A program made the translations under genes and the position numbers. 58,238 bases of DNA from the NCBI GenBank assembly GCA_001790525.1, contig MGCU01000019.1, forward strand, positions 1 to 58,238. Reading direction: 5' to 3'. Positions within the stretch are counted from its first letter, which is position 1; each line of letters begins with the position of its first letter. Under the pieces are notes generated by a model. That model ran no database searches. It was not told where the DNA came from and was given only the letters and a program-made list of their open reading frames with translations. The DNA is from Candidatus Saccharibacteria bacterium RIFCSPHIGHO2_12_FULL_47_16b. Lineage in GTDB: Bacteria; Patescibacteriota; Saccharimonadia; Saccharimonadales; UBA10212. Positions 1-10,293 of this stretch are shown here, in pieces.

Positions 1-53
1 ACCCCTTTTGGTGCTCTGGGACAGCCAGCGCAAAACCGCACAACTTCAGTCAT
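1..53 (-). CDS. possible 5' end of a hypothetical protein running off the window edge (MTEVVRFCAGCPRAPKG...)
   Basis: ATG at 53-51 with open frame to position 1; CATAAT -10-like box a few nt upstream; too short to classify. Confidence 0.3.
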   Translation of the reverse strand, partial: MTEVVRFCAGCPRAPKG

Positions 54-90
54 TGTTTTTATTATGATAGATTAACTTCATTTCTACGAA

Positions 91-2127
91 TTAGTTTAAG
101 TTGGTAATGGCTCGGAGTTGTTTGACTCTATAAGCCAGATGCTTGTATTTTTTGATGTCTTCGCCGGCTTCGATGAATTTTTGAGCGGCATTGCGGGCGG
201 CGGCAATCAGTTTGGTATCTGATAAATTAGCTACTCTCAAATCTAGGGCGCCATGTTGAAGGGTGCCATAAATGGCCCCCGGGCCGCGCTGCCTAAGATC
301 GATCTCGGCCAGTTTGAAACCGTCAGTGAGTGTTTCGAGTGCCCTCAAGCGCTGAGATGGTGCTCGGGAATCTGACAACATTATAAAGCAGTAGCTTTGA
401 TGGGCACTCCGGCCGACACGGCCGCGCAGCTGATGAAGCTGAGCCAGACCAAAGCGCTCGGCTCCCTCGATTAACATAATAGTGGCGTTGGGCACATCGA
501 CACCAACTTCTATAACTGTGGTGCTGACTAAAATGTCGTACTTCTTTTTGATAAAGTCTTGCATGACTTTTTCTTTATCGGCCGCCTTCATTCGGCCATG
601 CAGCAGCGCTACACTCCGATGTTTGAAATCATGGTTGGACAGTTTCTCGAAAACCGCCTCAGCCGATAGTCCTTTCTTGAAATCTGCTTCTTTGATAAGT
701 GGGCAGACAACGAACATCTGTCGGCCAGACTCAAGCAGCTTATCGAGCCGCTCATACAAACCGGCGCGTGAATTAGGCGAGCAAAGCTTGGTTTTGACGA
801 CTAACCGGCCGGGCGGTAATTCGTCGAGAATTGAAATATCCAGTTCGCCGTACAGTGTCAGCGCTAGACTCCGAGGAATCGGTGTGGCACTCAGGTGCAG
901 TACATGGGGCATATGGCCGGCCTTGGCCTGCAGTTTTTTACGCTGCTCGACACCGAATCGATGCTGCTCATCGACAATGATCAAACCCAGTTTATGCATG
1001 TCTAATTTTTCGGCGATCAAAGCGTGGGTGCCGATCATAAATTTGACTTCGCCGGCACGAATTTTAGCTTGAACTTGGTCTTTAGCCTTTGGCTTTAGTG
1101 AACCGATCAACAGTGCCACATGATGGCCGTAGCCAACACTGGCCAGCAAGTTGTATAAAGTCTCGGCGTGCTGGCGGGCTAGAATTTCGGTCGGCGCCAT
1201 CAGCGCCACCTGGAATTGCTCCTCCATGGCCATTAGAGCGGCCATAGCGGCAACCACCGTTTTGCCAGAGCCAACATCCCCTTCTAGCAAACGGTTCATC
1301 GGCTGGGTTTTAACCATATCCTGATAAATCCGCCAAGTAGCTTTACGCTGGGCGTCGGTTAGCTTAAATGGCAGTTTAGCGACAAAACTTTTAGCTAAAC
1401 TTTCCTTAAACGGGATAGCCAGCGATTTTTCTTTATAAAGTTCATATTTGTTAAGTAGGGCCGCTAGCGTTAGCTCGAAGATTTCCTCAAAGGCTAGGCG
1501 GCGGCGGGCCTTATCCAAAACCGGTGACGAAGATGGAAAGTGAACTTCTAGTACAGCTTTATGAAACGGCATCAGTTTATGTTCGACCAGAAGCCAGCCT
1601 GGCAAATGTTCGGGCAATTGTTTAGTTTGGCTCAAAACCTCGCGAATTAGTTTGCGAGTAGTGAATGACTTTAGGCCCTTGGCCTCATGATAGATTGGAA
1701 TAATCCGGGCGGTATTAATTGGGAAGTTACTAACTTGCTCAACTGATGGATTATTAATGGTAAATCGGCCGCGGTGCAGCCCGTAATCACCAGCAATAAA
1801 ATAGGCTTGATCGGCTTTTATAGCAGCAGCCCGGTATGGTTGATTGAACCAAACTAGCCGAACGCTGGCTGAACTATCAGTAGCGATGGCTTCGGTAATA
1901 TGAAGTCCGCGCCGAACGTAGCGGCCTTTAGCTTGGCTGATCTTGGCCTCGATAGTAACTTGGCCGGGCTTGAGCTTGGCAATCGGCAAAACTTGTGAAT
2001 AATCATCATAGCGCCGCGGAAAGTTATTAATAAGATCGGCCGATGTTCTAATACCAAGGCTATCGAGCATTTTGGCAGTCTCGACGCCAACTCCCTTTAA
2101 CTCGGAAATAGATGTTGATAGATCCAC
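91..2127 (-). CDS. recG: ATP-dependent DNA helicase RecG
   Basis: N-terminal wedge/OB region, MNRLLEGDVGSGKT, MAPTEILARQH, DEQH box, SATPIPRSL, QLHQLRGRVGR, TRG motif DGFKLAEIDLRQRGPG. Confidence 0.97.
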   Translation of the reverse strand: MDLSTSISELKGVGVETAKMLDSLGIRTSADLINNFPRRYDDYSQVLPIAKLKPGQVTIEAKISQAKGRYVRRGLHITEAIATDSSASVRLVWFNQPYRAAAIKADQAYFIAGDYGLHRGRFTINNPSVEQVSNFPINTARIIPIYHEAKGLKSFTTRKLIREVLSQTKQLPEHLPGWLLVEHKLMPFHKAVLEVHFPSSSPVLDKARRRLAFEEIFELTLAALLNKYELYKEKSLAIPFKESLAKSFVAKLPFKLTDAQRKATWRIYQDMVKTQPMNRLLEGDVGSGKTVVAAMAALMAMEEQFQVALMAPTEILARQHAETLYNLLASVGYGHHVALLIGSLKPKAKDQVQAKIRAGEVKFMIGTHALIAEKLDMHKLGLIIVDEQHRFGVEQRKKLQAKAGHMPHVLHLSATPIPRSLALTLYGELDISILDELPPGRLVVKTKLCSPNSRAGLYERLDKLLESGRQMFVVCPLIKEADFKKGLSAEAVFEKLSNHDFKHRSVALLHGRMKAADKEKVMQDFIKKKYDILVSTTVIEVGVDVPNATIMLIEGAERFGLAQLHQLRGRVGRSAHQSYCFIMLSDSRAPSQRLRALETLTDGFKLAEIDLRQRGPGAIYGTLQHGALDLRVANLSDTKLIAAARNAAQKFIEAGEDIKKYKHLAYRVKQLRAITNLN

Positions 2128-2158
2128 TTATTCTAGTCTATCAACTATGTAGTTTATA

Positions 2159-2602
2159 TTACGCTGCTAGTTTTATTGGGTCTCGAGTATCACGATTTAT
2201 CCATTCACAGGTAGGCTTCCAGAAAACTGCATTCCGTTTAGGGTCGTAGGTCTCGCCCCGGCCATCAACATAAGTTCCCTCTTCCTGCCAATTCTTGAAG
2301 ACAGGGGCTATATTCCAAAACCTAGAAATAAGGTCGGCTGCCCGCATGACAGTTTCGAAGCTGTAACGGAGTGGCTGGTCAGTTTCAGGTTCAAAGCTCC
2401 ATGGGTCTATACCTTGCGCCTTTTGTAGCCCTGTCAAAAACGTTTCTTCAAACACTTTCCGATGACTTGTCTGCGAAGACGCTGACCATACCCATGAGTT
2501 TGCGCACTCGACTGCCTTAACTATATCTTCACTTCCCGCTAAACCAAGGATGTACTTACTATACTCTGGCGCGTTCATTATATGAGGAGCAGTTTCACTC
2601 AT
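2159..2602 (-). CDS. hypothetical protein
   Basis: 147-aa ORF filling the tyrS-recG gap, GGAGG SD and TATAAT upstream; no recognised motif. Confidence 0.65.
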   Translation of the reverse strand: MSETAPHIMNAPEYSKYILGLAGSEDIVKAVECANSWVWSASSQTSHRKVFEETFLTGLQKAQGIDPWSFEPETDQPLRYSFETVMRAADLISRFWNIAPVFKNWQEEGTYVDGRGETYDPKRNAVFWKPTCEWINRDTRDPIKLAA

Positions 2603-2657
2603 ATGACCTCCTAATTACACCTGGATTATATACCTATGTTACAGACGGTAAAATTGG

Positions 2658-3905
2658 TTAAGGTAATTCAATAAGAGCCGAATCTTTATAAGCCTTGCCG
2701 CGGCGGATTAGTGCCTTACCGCCAACAAAATCAGCCGCCGCTAACAGTTCTCGATCAACCGCTTGGCCGTTTACGTAGATGGCGCCACTAGCTAGCAGAC
2801 GGCGGGCTTCAGTTTTAGAAACCGCCAGTCCAGTCTTAACAAGAATGTCAATTAATGACATGCCGGCCTTGACTTTGAGATTGGGTATTTCTTGTCTGAT
2901 TTGGCCGATTTCGGCCGGGCTTGCTTTATCAAGAGATACTTGACTTGTTAAGTATTTTGTAACCTGCTGCGATAGATCTCCCCCACCGCTGCCATGAACC
3001 AGCTCGGTCACAGCTTTAGCTAATCTGGTTTGGGCCAATCGTTTAGAAGTATCTTTGGTATGGTCGGTCATCACCTGCCCTATCTCGTCCTTAGATAGAA
3101 AGGTAAAGATTTTTAAATAATCCTCAACATCCCTGTCATCGGTGTTTATCCAAAACTGATAAAACTGGGTTGGCGAAGTTTTGGCTGGATCAAGCCAAAC
3201 TGCCCCGGCCTCACTTTTGCCAAATTTAATTCCGGTTTGTTTACTGACAACCAGCGGCATCGATAAAGCCTGAACCTCCTGGCCTTCCTTTTTACGCACC
3301 AAACTGACACCGGAAAGCATGTTAGCCCACTGATCCGAGCCGCCAACTTGCAAAACCACGTCGTGGTTTTTAAATAAGTGCCAATAATCATAGCCTTGAA
3401 CCAGCGAGTAGCTAAACTCGGCATATGAGATGCCCGAACCATGTTCACCCATCCGTTCGGTCACGAATTCCCGGCCCATCAACTCGGTCATTGAAAAATG
3501 CTTGCCGACGTCTCGTAAGAAATCAAGGTATTTTAGATCAGCTAGCCAATCATGGTTGTCTACCATGGTGTAATTTTCGCCGGCGAAGAGCTGGGTCACC
3601 TGCTTACGAACAGCCGAGATGTTTTGTTTGATCTCTTCACGATTTTTCAATTGCCGTTCCTCGGTCTTACCGCCGGGGTCCCCGACTAGTGACGTACCGC
3701 CGCCCATAACGATGACGGCCTGCCAGCCAGCGTCAATTAATCGCCTATCCATCAATAGTGCGGCTAGGTTGCCAATAGTTAAGCTGTCGGTTGAGGCATC
3801 ATAGCCGTGGTAAAAGGTTTGTGGTTTATCCAGCCACTCGGTTTTACTAAAAGTTTTGTTCTTAATCAGGCCACGGTAGGTTAAATCATCACTTAACTTC
3901 ATCAT
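2658..3905 (-). CDS. tyrS: tyrosine--tRNA ligase
   Basis: YHGYDAS..SLTIGN (HIGH-like), GDPGGK, QVGGSDQWAN, KFGKS (KMSKS), C-terminal S4 domain (SKTEARRL..GAIYVNG). Confidence 0.97.
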   Translation of the reverse strand: MMKLSDDLTYRGLIKNKTFSKTEWLDKPQTFYHGYDASTDSLTIGNLAALLMDRRLIDAGWQAVIVMGGGTSLVGDPGGKTEERQLKNREEIKQNISAVRKQVTQLFAGENYTMVDNHDWLADLKYLDFLRDVGKHFSMTELMGREFVTERMGEHGSGISYAEFSYSLVQGYDYWHLFKNHDVVLQVGGSDQWANMLSGVSLVRKKEGQEVQALSMPLVVSKQTGIKFGKSEAGAVWLDPAKTSPTQFYQFWINTDDRDVEDYLKIFTFLSKDEIGQVMTDHTKDTSKRLAQTRLAKAVTELVHGSGGGDLSQQVTKYLTSQVSLDKASPAEIGQIRQEIPNLKVKAGMSLIDILVKTGLAVSKTEARRLLASGAIYVNGQAVDRELLAAADFVGGKALIRRGKAYKDSALIELP

Positions 3906-3976
3906 ATCATTTTCACCTTAACTCTTGTAAGTATAGTATACCGACATAGCGGTTTTGTTATAATTATTGTCACTAT

Positions 3977-6973
3977 ATGATAAATCCGCTTAGGAGAGCT
4001 AAGTTAAAGCGAGCGAGGCGCAGAAGTAGAAACATAATCAAAACCCGCAGCGGCCGAGTACTTAAAGTCCATCGAACACTCGGCGAGAGGTGGCTAAACA
4101 GACGCGACTTAAAATCCCGCCGCAAAATTGAACGGATGAGAGGTTTACCAAAGTCGCGCTTCAAGCGCTTTATTTGGCGGCTTCATCCCAAGCGACTAGC
4201 GGCATATTGGTTTAGCCGCGACGGCGCCATTATGGCCCTGAAAATTGTCGGCGTAACGATTGTCGTAATGTTTGTGCTGACCATGGCGGTGTTTGCCTAT
4301 TTTCGTAAAGATTTACCCAACATTAAAGATATATCCGGCAGCGCTCTGGGTGGCAGTATTAGTTACTATGACCGCACCGGTAAGACCTTGTTATGGGAAG
4401 ATTACGATGCCGTTAAACGGGTGCCGGTTGAGGGCAGCGAAATCTCGCAGTACATCAAGGACGCCACAGTTGCTATCGAGGACCGCGACTTTTATAAACA
4501 CCGTGGCTTTGACTTAAAAGGCATTGTTAGAGCGGCCTTTAACGACATTTTCAGCCGCGGCGCCAAGCAAGGCGGCTCAACCATAACTCAACAGTTGGTT
4601 AAGCTAGACCGAGGTTGGAGCGAACAACGAACTGTCACCAATAAAATTAAAGAAATTATCCTGGCCGTTGAACTAGAACGTACTTATACCAAAGACGATA
4701 TTTTAACTGGATATCTCAATGCCGCCCCGTATGGCAGCGTTGACTATGGCGTTCAGGCGGCCGCCGGTGATTATTTTCATAAGTCGGCCAAAGATTTAAC
4801 CTTGCCGGAGTCGGCCATGCTGGCGGCCATTCCTAAATCACCGTCGATTTATTCGCCATACAATAAAGAATTCTTTGACCGCGAGGCCTTTATTAGCCGC
4901 TATAGCTACGTGCTTGATTCGATGGTTGAAATCGGCAAACTCAAGAAAGAGCAAGCCGAAGAAGCCAAGAAATTTGATATTTTAGCTACTGTTCAGCCGC
5001 AGCAAACTAAATACGCTGGCATTAAAAACCCCTACTTTGTTTTGGCGGCCAAGAATGAACTAACTGCCCGGTTTGCACCTAGCGGTTCCTCAACTAAAGC
5101 TAGGATTGGCGGCTGGAAAGTTATCACCACGCTTGATCTAGGTTTGCAGGCCGAGGCCGAAAATCAAGTTAATAAGGGTTTGGCACAGGTCAGACGTCAA
5201 GGCGGAGATGTGGCCGCTTTTGTGGCCGAAGACGTGCAAACTGGTCAAATGGTGGCACTAGTTGGTGGCACCGATTTTGCCAACCCTGAATATGGCCAAA
5301 TTAACTATGCCCAGACGCCGATTCCACCCGGCTCCAGCTTTAAGCCATATGATTATACGGCCCTAATCGAAAATGGTAATGCCGGTGCCGGCTCGGTTTT
5401 ATACGACATCGTTGGGCCACTGCCCGGTTATCCATGTACTAACAAAGCCCATCCCCGCTCTGGCGGAAATTGTCTGCAAAATTACGATTTTCGCTCGCCT
5501 GGCCCAGAAACTTTGCGCTACGCCCTTGCCGGCTCGCGCAATATCCCAGCAGTCAAAGCCATGCTAATTACCGGCGTCGATAAAACCATTGCTACGGCTG
5601 AAGCCATGGGGCTGCGCAGCGGCTACAAATGTTACGCCGATACGGCTTTGACTAAGACTACCCAGTGTTATGGCGCGTCGGCAATCGGCGACGGCGCCTT
5701 CCTGCACTTAGATGAGCACGTTAACGGCTTTGCGACACTTTCGCGTCTAGGCGTTTACCTTAAGCAAACTTATATCTTGGAAGTCAAAGATTCGGCCGAT
5801 AAAAGCTTGTATAAGTGGCAGCAGCCAACTAAAGAACCAGACCGCAAGCAGGTTATTCGGCCGGAAACAGCTTATATTGTCACCGATATGGTATCTGATC
5901 CGAACGCCAGTTATCTGTCTGGCGGCCGTCCTAAACCACAGCGTTACAACGGCTGGAATTTCGGTATCAAAACCGGCACCACTAACGACGCTAAAGATGG
6001 ACTGATGATGGGCTTCTCCACCAAATACGCGGCCGGTGTTTGGGTCGGCTATCACACTCGACAAAAAGCCATGAGCGGCTTTATGGAAAATATGACCCAG
6101 CCAATTTTGACTGGCTGGATGAATGCCGTTCACAAGAACATTAAACCAGTCAATTGGAGCCAACCGCCGGGTATCCAAAAGCTGCCAGCCTTTGTGGTAA
6201 CCACTCATGTTGGCGTTGGCTCGGTTGAACCAAGCCCCAGTACTGATATTTTCCCCTCTTGGTATAAAGGACGAGATGCCAGTTCTGGCGGTACAGCAAT
6301 AATTGATAAGGTATCTAACAAAAAAGCTACTAGCTGTACACCACCGCTAGCTAAGCAAAATACTTCTGGTAATACCAATGCCGAGAAATTCTCGGTTGAC
6401 ACTTTTTATGGCTCATTGGCAGCCGCCTCGGGGAATGCCAGCCAACAAGACGATGTCCATTCCTGCTCCGATGTTTTACCAGCCATAACTCTGACAATAA
6501 GCGGTAATACGCTGACCGCGGCAGCCACCGCTGGCACCCACCCGTTCGCTGACGCCAAATACCCACAATTTCCTGGCACTATAAATTTCATTGTCGATGG
6601 TAATGTAGTCAAGTCCTACAACGATTTAAGCGATTCGCCAGCCACCCGTTCATATGACTGGACCGGTTCCGGTGGTGTACATTCGGCAACTGTTCAAGTA
6701 ATCGATAGTGTGCTTTATGAAGCTTCGGATAGCGGTACGCTTAATGCCAGCCAAGGCCTGACCTTTGACTCGGCCAAAGCCGACGGTGGCCAAACCAAGT
6801 TTAAATGGTCCGGCGGCGCGGCGCCTTATACAGTAACTAGAACCGACACTAGCACAGTTTTATGTTCATCAAATGGCAATGACTGCGAAGTTTCAGTCGC
6901 GGCGGCGCCGGATGGTACGCCAGTTAGAGTGACAGATGGCAATGGCAGCTCGGCCGATACTACCGTCAGCTAA
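3977..6973 (+). CDS. class A penicillin-binding protein (transglycosylase/transpeptidase, PBP1A family)
   Basis: TM anchor; EDRDFYKHRG and GGSTITQQL glycosyltransferase motifs; SSFK (SxxK), SRN (SxN), KTGT; Cys-containing Ser/Thr/Gly-rich C-terminal extension. Confidence 0.93.
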   Translation: MINPLRRAKLKRARRRSRNIIKTRSGRVLKVHRTLGERWLNRRDLKSRRKIERMRGLPKSRFKRFIWRLHPKRLAAYWFSRDGAIMALKIVGVTIVVMFVLTMAVFAYFRKDLPNIKDISGSALGGSISYYDRTGKTLLWEDYDAVKRVPVEGSEISQYIKDATVAIEDRDFYKHRGFDLKGIVRAAFNDIFSRGAKQGGSTITQQLVKLDRGWSEQRTVTNKIKEIILAVELERTYTKDDILTGYLNAAPYGSVDYGVQAAAGDYFHKSAKDLTLPESAMLAAIPKSPSIYSPYNKEFFDREAFISRYSYVLDSMVEIGKLKKEQAEEAKKFDILATVQPQQTKYAGIKNPYFVLAAKNELTARFAPSGSSTKARIGGWKVITTLDLGLQAEAENQVNKGLAQVRRQGGDVAAFVAEDVQTGQMVALVGGTDFANPEYGQINYAQTPIPPGSSFKPYDYTALIENGNAGAGSVLYDIVGPLPGYPCTNKAHPRSGGNCLQNYDFRSPGPETLRYALAGSRNIPAVKAMLITGVDKTIATAEAMGLRSGYKCYADTALTKTTQCYGASAIGDGAFLHLDEHVNGFATLSRLGVYLKQTYILEVKDSADKSLYKWQQPTKEPDRKQVIRPETAYIVTDMVSDPNASYLSGGRPKPQRYNGWNFGIKTGTTNDAKDGLMMGFSTKYAAGVWVGYHTRQKAMSGFMENMTQPILTGWMNAVHKNIKPVNWSQPPGIQKLPAFVVTTHVGVGSVEPSPSTDIFPSWYKGRDASSGGTAIIDKVSNKKATSCTPPLAKQNTSGNTNAEKFSVDTFYGSLAAASGNASQQDDVHSCSDVLPAITLTISGNTLTAAATAGTHPFADAKYPQFPGTINFIVDGNVVKSYNDLSDSPATRSYDWTGSGGVHSATVQVIDSVLYEASDSGTLNASQGLTFDSAKADGGQTKFKWSGGAAPYTVTRTDTSTVLCSSNGNDCEVSVAAAPDGTPVRVTDGNGSSADTTVS

Positions 6974-8316
6974 TCTTTTTCAAGATATGAATTTAGGGCG
7001 GAGCGCACGTCTGTAACTGACTGCAGCAGTGGCGGTTTTTTACCGGAAAGCACGCGCGGGCCGATCGCCGCCTTAAAGCCCAGTTTTTTAGCTTCGGCAA
7101 TTCGTTTTTCAAGATAGCTAACGTGGCGGACTTCGCCGGATAGGCCGACTTCGCCAAAAACCACGGCGTTTTTCTTAAGTTGTAAACCTTTGGCGGCACT
7201 GCCAATCGCCATACAAACCGCCAAATCGGCGGCCGGTTCGCTTAATCGAATGCCGCCTACCACATTGACATAAACGTCTTTGTCGGTCAGTTTGAGTTTG
7301 GTTCGGCGTTCCAGCATCGCAATCAGCAGGTTAACCCGATTAAGATCAATGCCGCTGGCTGTTCGTTTAGGGTAGCCATAGCTGGTTGGGTTGACCAGCG
7401 CCTGAATTTCAACCAGCAACGGCCGGCTGCCTTCCATGGCGGCATGGACGACAGAACCGTCAGTCACCTGCCGCTCGGCTAGTAGAGCGGCCGATGGATT
7501 AGCTACCGGCATCAGGCCTTTTTCGGCCATCTCTAAAATGGCCGTCTCGGTGGTAGCCCCGTATCGGTTTTTAGTAGCCCGCAATAGTTTAAAGCCACCA
7601 TAAGTTTCGCCTTCCAGCTGCAGTACGGTATCAACCATGTGTTCCAGCACTTTTGGGCCGGCAATCGAGCCTTCTTTGGTAACATGGCCGACCAAAATTA
7701 GGGCCGTATTAGCGGTTTTGGCGGCCGCGCCAATCAGCCGTGTGGCATTTGTTATCTGGCTAACTGTGCCGGCCGAGCTGCTAATTTCGTTGACCGCCAT
7801 GGTCTGAATTGAATCAATTATCACCGCATTAAAATTACCTCGGCTGATGGTGGTAGCTACGTCATTGGCGACTGTCGAGATAGCCAGTTGCAAATTTTTT
7901 GCCGTGACGCCTAGGCGTTCGGCCCGCATAGCCACTTGACGGGCCGACTCTTCACCGCTGACATAAAGAACCTTATTTTTGGCAGCTACATTATGGGCGA
8001 CTTGCAGCAGCAGTGTGCTTTTGCCAACCCCCGGCGGGCCAGCTAACAAGACAACGCTGCCGGCTACCAAACCGCCGCCTAAAACGGCATCTACATCAGC
8101 TATACCGCTGCCAAGTCTCGGCACTTTAGTGGCCGCCGCTTCGGCTACCGAAACAGCTTTGAGCATATCACCGCCGGTTTTGGCTGCCGTTTCGCTAGTT
8201 GATACTTGTTCTTCTAAACTATTCCATTCACCGCAGTTAGAACAGCGGCCAGTCCAAGTAGAAGTGACATTGCCACAAACACTGCAGACGTACCGAACTC
8301 CCAGTTTTTTCATCAT
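6970..8316 (-). CDS. radA: DNA repair protein RadA/Sms
   Basis: C4 zinc finger CSVCG...CSNCGEW, Walker A GPPGVGKS, KNRYG motif, Lon-like C-terminus (GEVGLSGEVR). Confidence 0.97.
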   Translation of the reverse strand: MMKKLGVRYVCSVCGNVTSTWTGRCSNCGEWNSLEEQVSTSETAAKTGGDMLKAVSVAEAAATKVPRLGSGIADVDAVLGGGLVAGSVVLLAGPPGVGKSTLLLQVAHNVAAKNKVLYVSGEESARQVAMRAERLGVTAKNLQLAISTVANDVATTISRGNFNAVIIDSIQTMAVNEISSSAGTVSQITNATRLIGAAAKTANTALILVGHVTKEGSIAGPKVLEHMVDTVLQLEGETYGGFKLLRATKNRYGATTETAILEMAEKGLMPVANPSAALLAERQVTDGSVVHAAMEGSRPLLVEIQALVNPTSYGYPKRTASGIDLNRVNLLIAMLERRTKLKLTDKDVYVNVVGGIRLSEPAADLAVCMAIGSAAKGLQLKKNAVVFGEVGLSGEVRHVSYLEKRIAEAKKLGFKAAIGPRVLSGKKPPLLQSVTDVRSALNSYLEKD

Positions 8317-8340
8317 CTAGATAGTTTAACAAAATTTGTA

Positions 8341-9324
8341 TCAGCGAGGCTGTACAGCTTCAGTACGTGTATCAATCGCCTCGAATAGAACATCCAGTTC
8401 GCCCTTTAAATTATTAAATTCGTTGACAATGCTATTAAATTGATTCTCGACTCTCTTGTATTGCGAAAAGAGGGGTCGATATCTTTCAACCATCGCATTA
8501 AAGGCAGGTACACCAGCATTATATTCAGCTGTTTGACCATTACTCTTTAACGAATCAAGGCGCCGACTTTCTTCATCAATTTGAGCACCAAGTGCATTTA
8601 GTTCTGCGATTCTTGAATTAAGTATTGGTTTTAAATCATTAAGCTGGGCGTTGAGTGCATCGAGCTTATCCCTACGACCGCTAAACTCCCCTTCGTAACG
8701 TGTCGAAAAACCGACCACTGCCTGTCGGTCCTTGAAATAGCGTTGGTAATACGTCTCCAGCGGCTGTGGCAGGCTGGCGATTTCGGTGGCGAAAATAGAA
8801 TGCATTTCGTTAATCAGCTCATCCGGTTCGGTCTGTTTGTATAAATTAATGTTTTTTTTGATCCGTTCATCATTAAGCTGATTTTTGTAATAATCTTCTA
8901 TCTGGGCATTAATGTAGGCTTTGTCTTTGACACTTAGACGATCGTAGGCGGCGTGCAGCATCTCGTGAGCAGCTGTAACTTGAGCAATACCAGATAATCT
9001 TTCATCTTTGACGCTATAAACATATACGCCCTGTTGAATGGGCTGATAACAGCCCAGCACAATGGTCTTTTCGCTGATGGTGCATTGAGCACGAAAGTCT
9101 TCAACTTTATCAATTAGCTGCGGCCGATTGACATAAAAGATGTGTTTGGCCTGATCGGTCATTTGGGTATCGGTCGTCAAACTACTGATAGCTGGCGGTG
9201 GATTATAGCCGCGTAGCCGCCACCAATCTAAAATCGCCTGCCGCTGCCAATAAACAACTAGCGGTATCGCCAATATAGCCGCGACCGCCAATAGTTTAAT
9301 TAATCGCTTGAAATAGCCTGACAT
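8341..9324 (-). CDS. membrane-anchored protein with HExxH zinc-metallopeptidase-like motif and C-terminal coiled coil
   Basis: N-terminal TM helix, AAHEMLHAAY, downstream NEMHS, heptad-rich C-terminus. Confidence 0.7.
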   Translation of the reverse strand: MSGYFKRLIKLLAVAAILAIPLVVYWQRQAILDWWRLRGYNPPPAISSLTTDTQMTDQAKHIFYVNRPQLIDKVEDFRAQCTISEKTIVLGCYQPIQQGVYVYSVKDERLSGIAQVTAAHEMLHAAYDRLSVKDKAYINAQIEDYYKNQLNDERIKKNINLYKQTEPDELINEMHSIFATEIASLPQPLETYYQRYFKDRQAVVGFSTRYEGEFSGRRDKLDALNAQLNDLKPILNSRIAELNALGAQIDEESRRLDSLKSNGQTAEYNAGVPAFNAMVERYRPLFSQYKRVENQFNSIVNEFNNLKGELDVLFEAIDTRTEAVQPR

Positions 9325-9409
9325 TAAATATCAGTATAGCAATTAGAGATTTTAATTATCGTTAAGAGTCAACCTAACCTAGATTTGATTTGTGTTATTA
9401 TTTCATTAT

Positions 9410-9691
9410 ATGGGATGGCTTGCCGAAGAGTTTGGATCAATCGATTGGATTGTGCCGGCAGGTCGATGGTGGGATTTAGGACCAGACGATCCAGACCGCG
9501 GGCGGATGATTCTTGTCGATACACAAGCCCATGCCGAATACCCATCATTTCCTTTAGGAAGTGATTACCTTCTAACGCCCGAGAGTGAGGCAAGGTTTAA
9601 AGAAGCAGCTGCAGAGATAATTGCCTGGACTGCAATATTACCACCTTTGACCCAAGAAGATTTCCGAAGAGTTTTTGAAGAAGTAGCCTAA
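9410..9691 (+). CDS. hypothetical protein (cassette 1)
   Basis: ORF 9392..9691; ATG 9410 preferred; stop lies just before repeat R1. Confidence 0.55.
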   Translation: MGWLAEEFGSIDWIVPAGRWWDLGPDDPDRGRMILVDTQAHAEYPSFPLGSDYLLTPESEARFKEAAAEIIAWTAILPPLTQEDFRRVFEEVA

Positions 9692-9693
9692 AT

Positions 9694-9752
9694 AAATCTG
9701 GCGGGCTCCGCCAATTCGGCGGACAAAGTCTATTCCCTCCGCCCCTCCCCGC
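9694..9752 (+). repeat. cassette-boundary repeat R1
   Basis: ctggcgggctccgccaattcggcggacaaagtctattccctccgcccctccccgc; last 34 nt identical to R3. Confidence 0.9.
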
Positions 9753-9761
9753 GTATATTTC

Positions 9762-9798
9762 TTGACATTGTGGCTACATAAAGTGTATGATTTATGTA
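9762..9798 (+). promoter_or_regulatory. sigma70 promoter and operator of the RHH-RelE TA pair
   Basis: TTGACA-18-TATGAT-6-ATG; inverted repeat TACATAAA(9775-82)/TTTATGTA(9791-98) flanks the -10. Confidence 0.7.
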
Positions 9799-10079
9799 TG
9801 AGTAACAATTCTAAAGCCATAAACATTACGTTGCCAGATGAGCTACTAGAGGCAATCGACAAAGCTGCCAAGAGTGAATATGCCAGCCGCAGTGATTTTA
9901 TTCGTGAATCGATTGTTCGTCGCCTAAAAGGCCAGCGAGTGGTTGACGAATGGGGTGATGAAGGTAATTGGGAAACGGTTGTCGATTTTCGAGATTTGCC
10001 AGGGGGTGGAATGCCTGCAGAAGAACTTCTGGAACGCCTAAAACACCTCAATGGACAAGATAAACAAAAACCTTCTTAA
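9798..10079 (+). CDS. CopG/ribbon-helix-helix antitoxin
   Basis: INITLPDELLEAIDKAAK...SRSDFIRESI RHH pattern, acidic C-terminus, overlaps downstream RelE-like gene; start refined from 9762 to ATG 9798. Confidence 0.85.
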   Translation: MSNNSKAINITLPDELLEAIDKAAKSEYASRSDFIRESIVRRLKGQRVVDEWGDEGNWETVVDFRDLPGGGMPAEELLERLKHLNGQDKQKPS

Positions 10080-10293
10080 AATCCCTCTCAAACAAAGGTC
10101 TCAAGTTGAACGTGTTGTTGAGCAGATAGTTAATAATCGGTTAGAAGGTTTAGACTCAAAGAAGATTAAGGGAACAAGCAATGTTTATAGAGTTCGTGTC
10201 GGAAATTACAGAATCATTTTCGCAAAAGAAGCACGGCAAAACATCGTAAGCATGATCAACAAACGCGACGAAAAAACCTACAAAGATTACTGA
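10051..10293 (+). CDS. RelE/ParE family type II toxin
   Basis: Basic 80 aa, KKIKG..NVYRVRVGNYRIIF...KRDEKTYK. Confidence 0.88.
   Translation: MDKINKNLLKIPLKQRSQVERVVEQIVNNRLEGLDSKKIKGTSNVYRVRVGNYRIIFAKEARQNIVSMINKRDEKTYKDY

Noticed and set aside
9720-9752. tRNA gene
   Set aside because: Only loose similarity to a tRNA 3' end; no GTTCRA, D arm or anticodon arm
9638-10051. 137-aa minus-strand ORF
   Set aside because: Antisense shadow of the RHH antitoxin running through repeat R1
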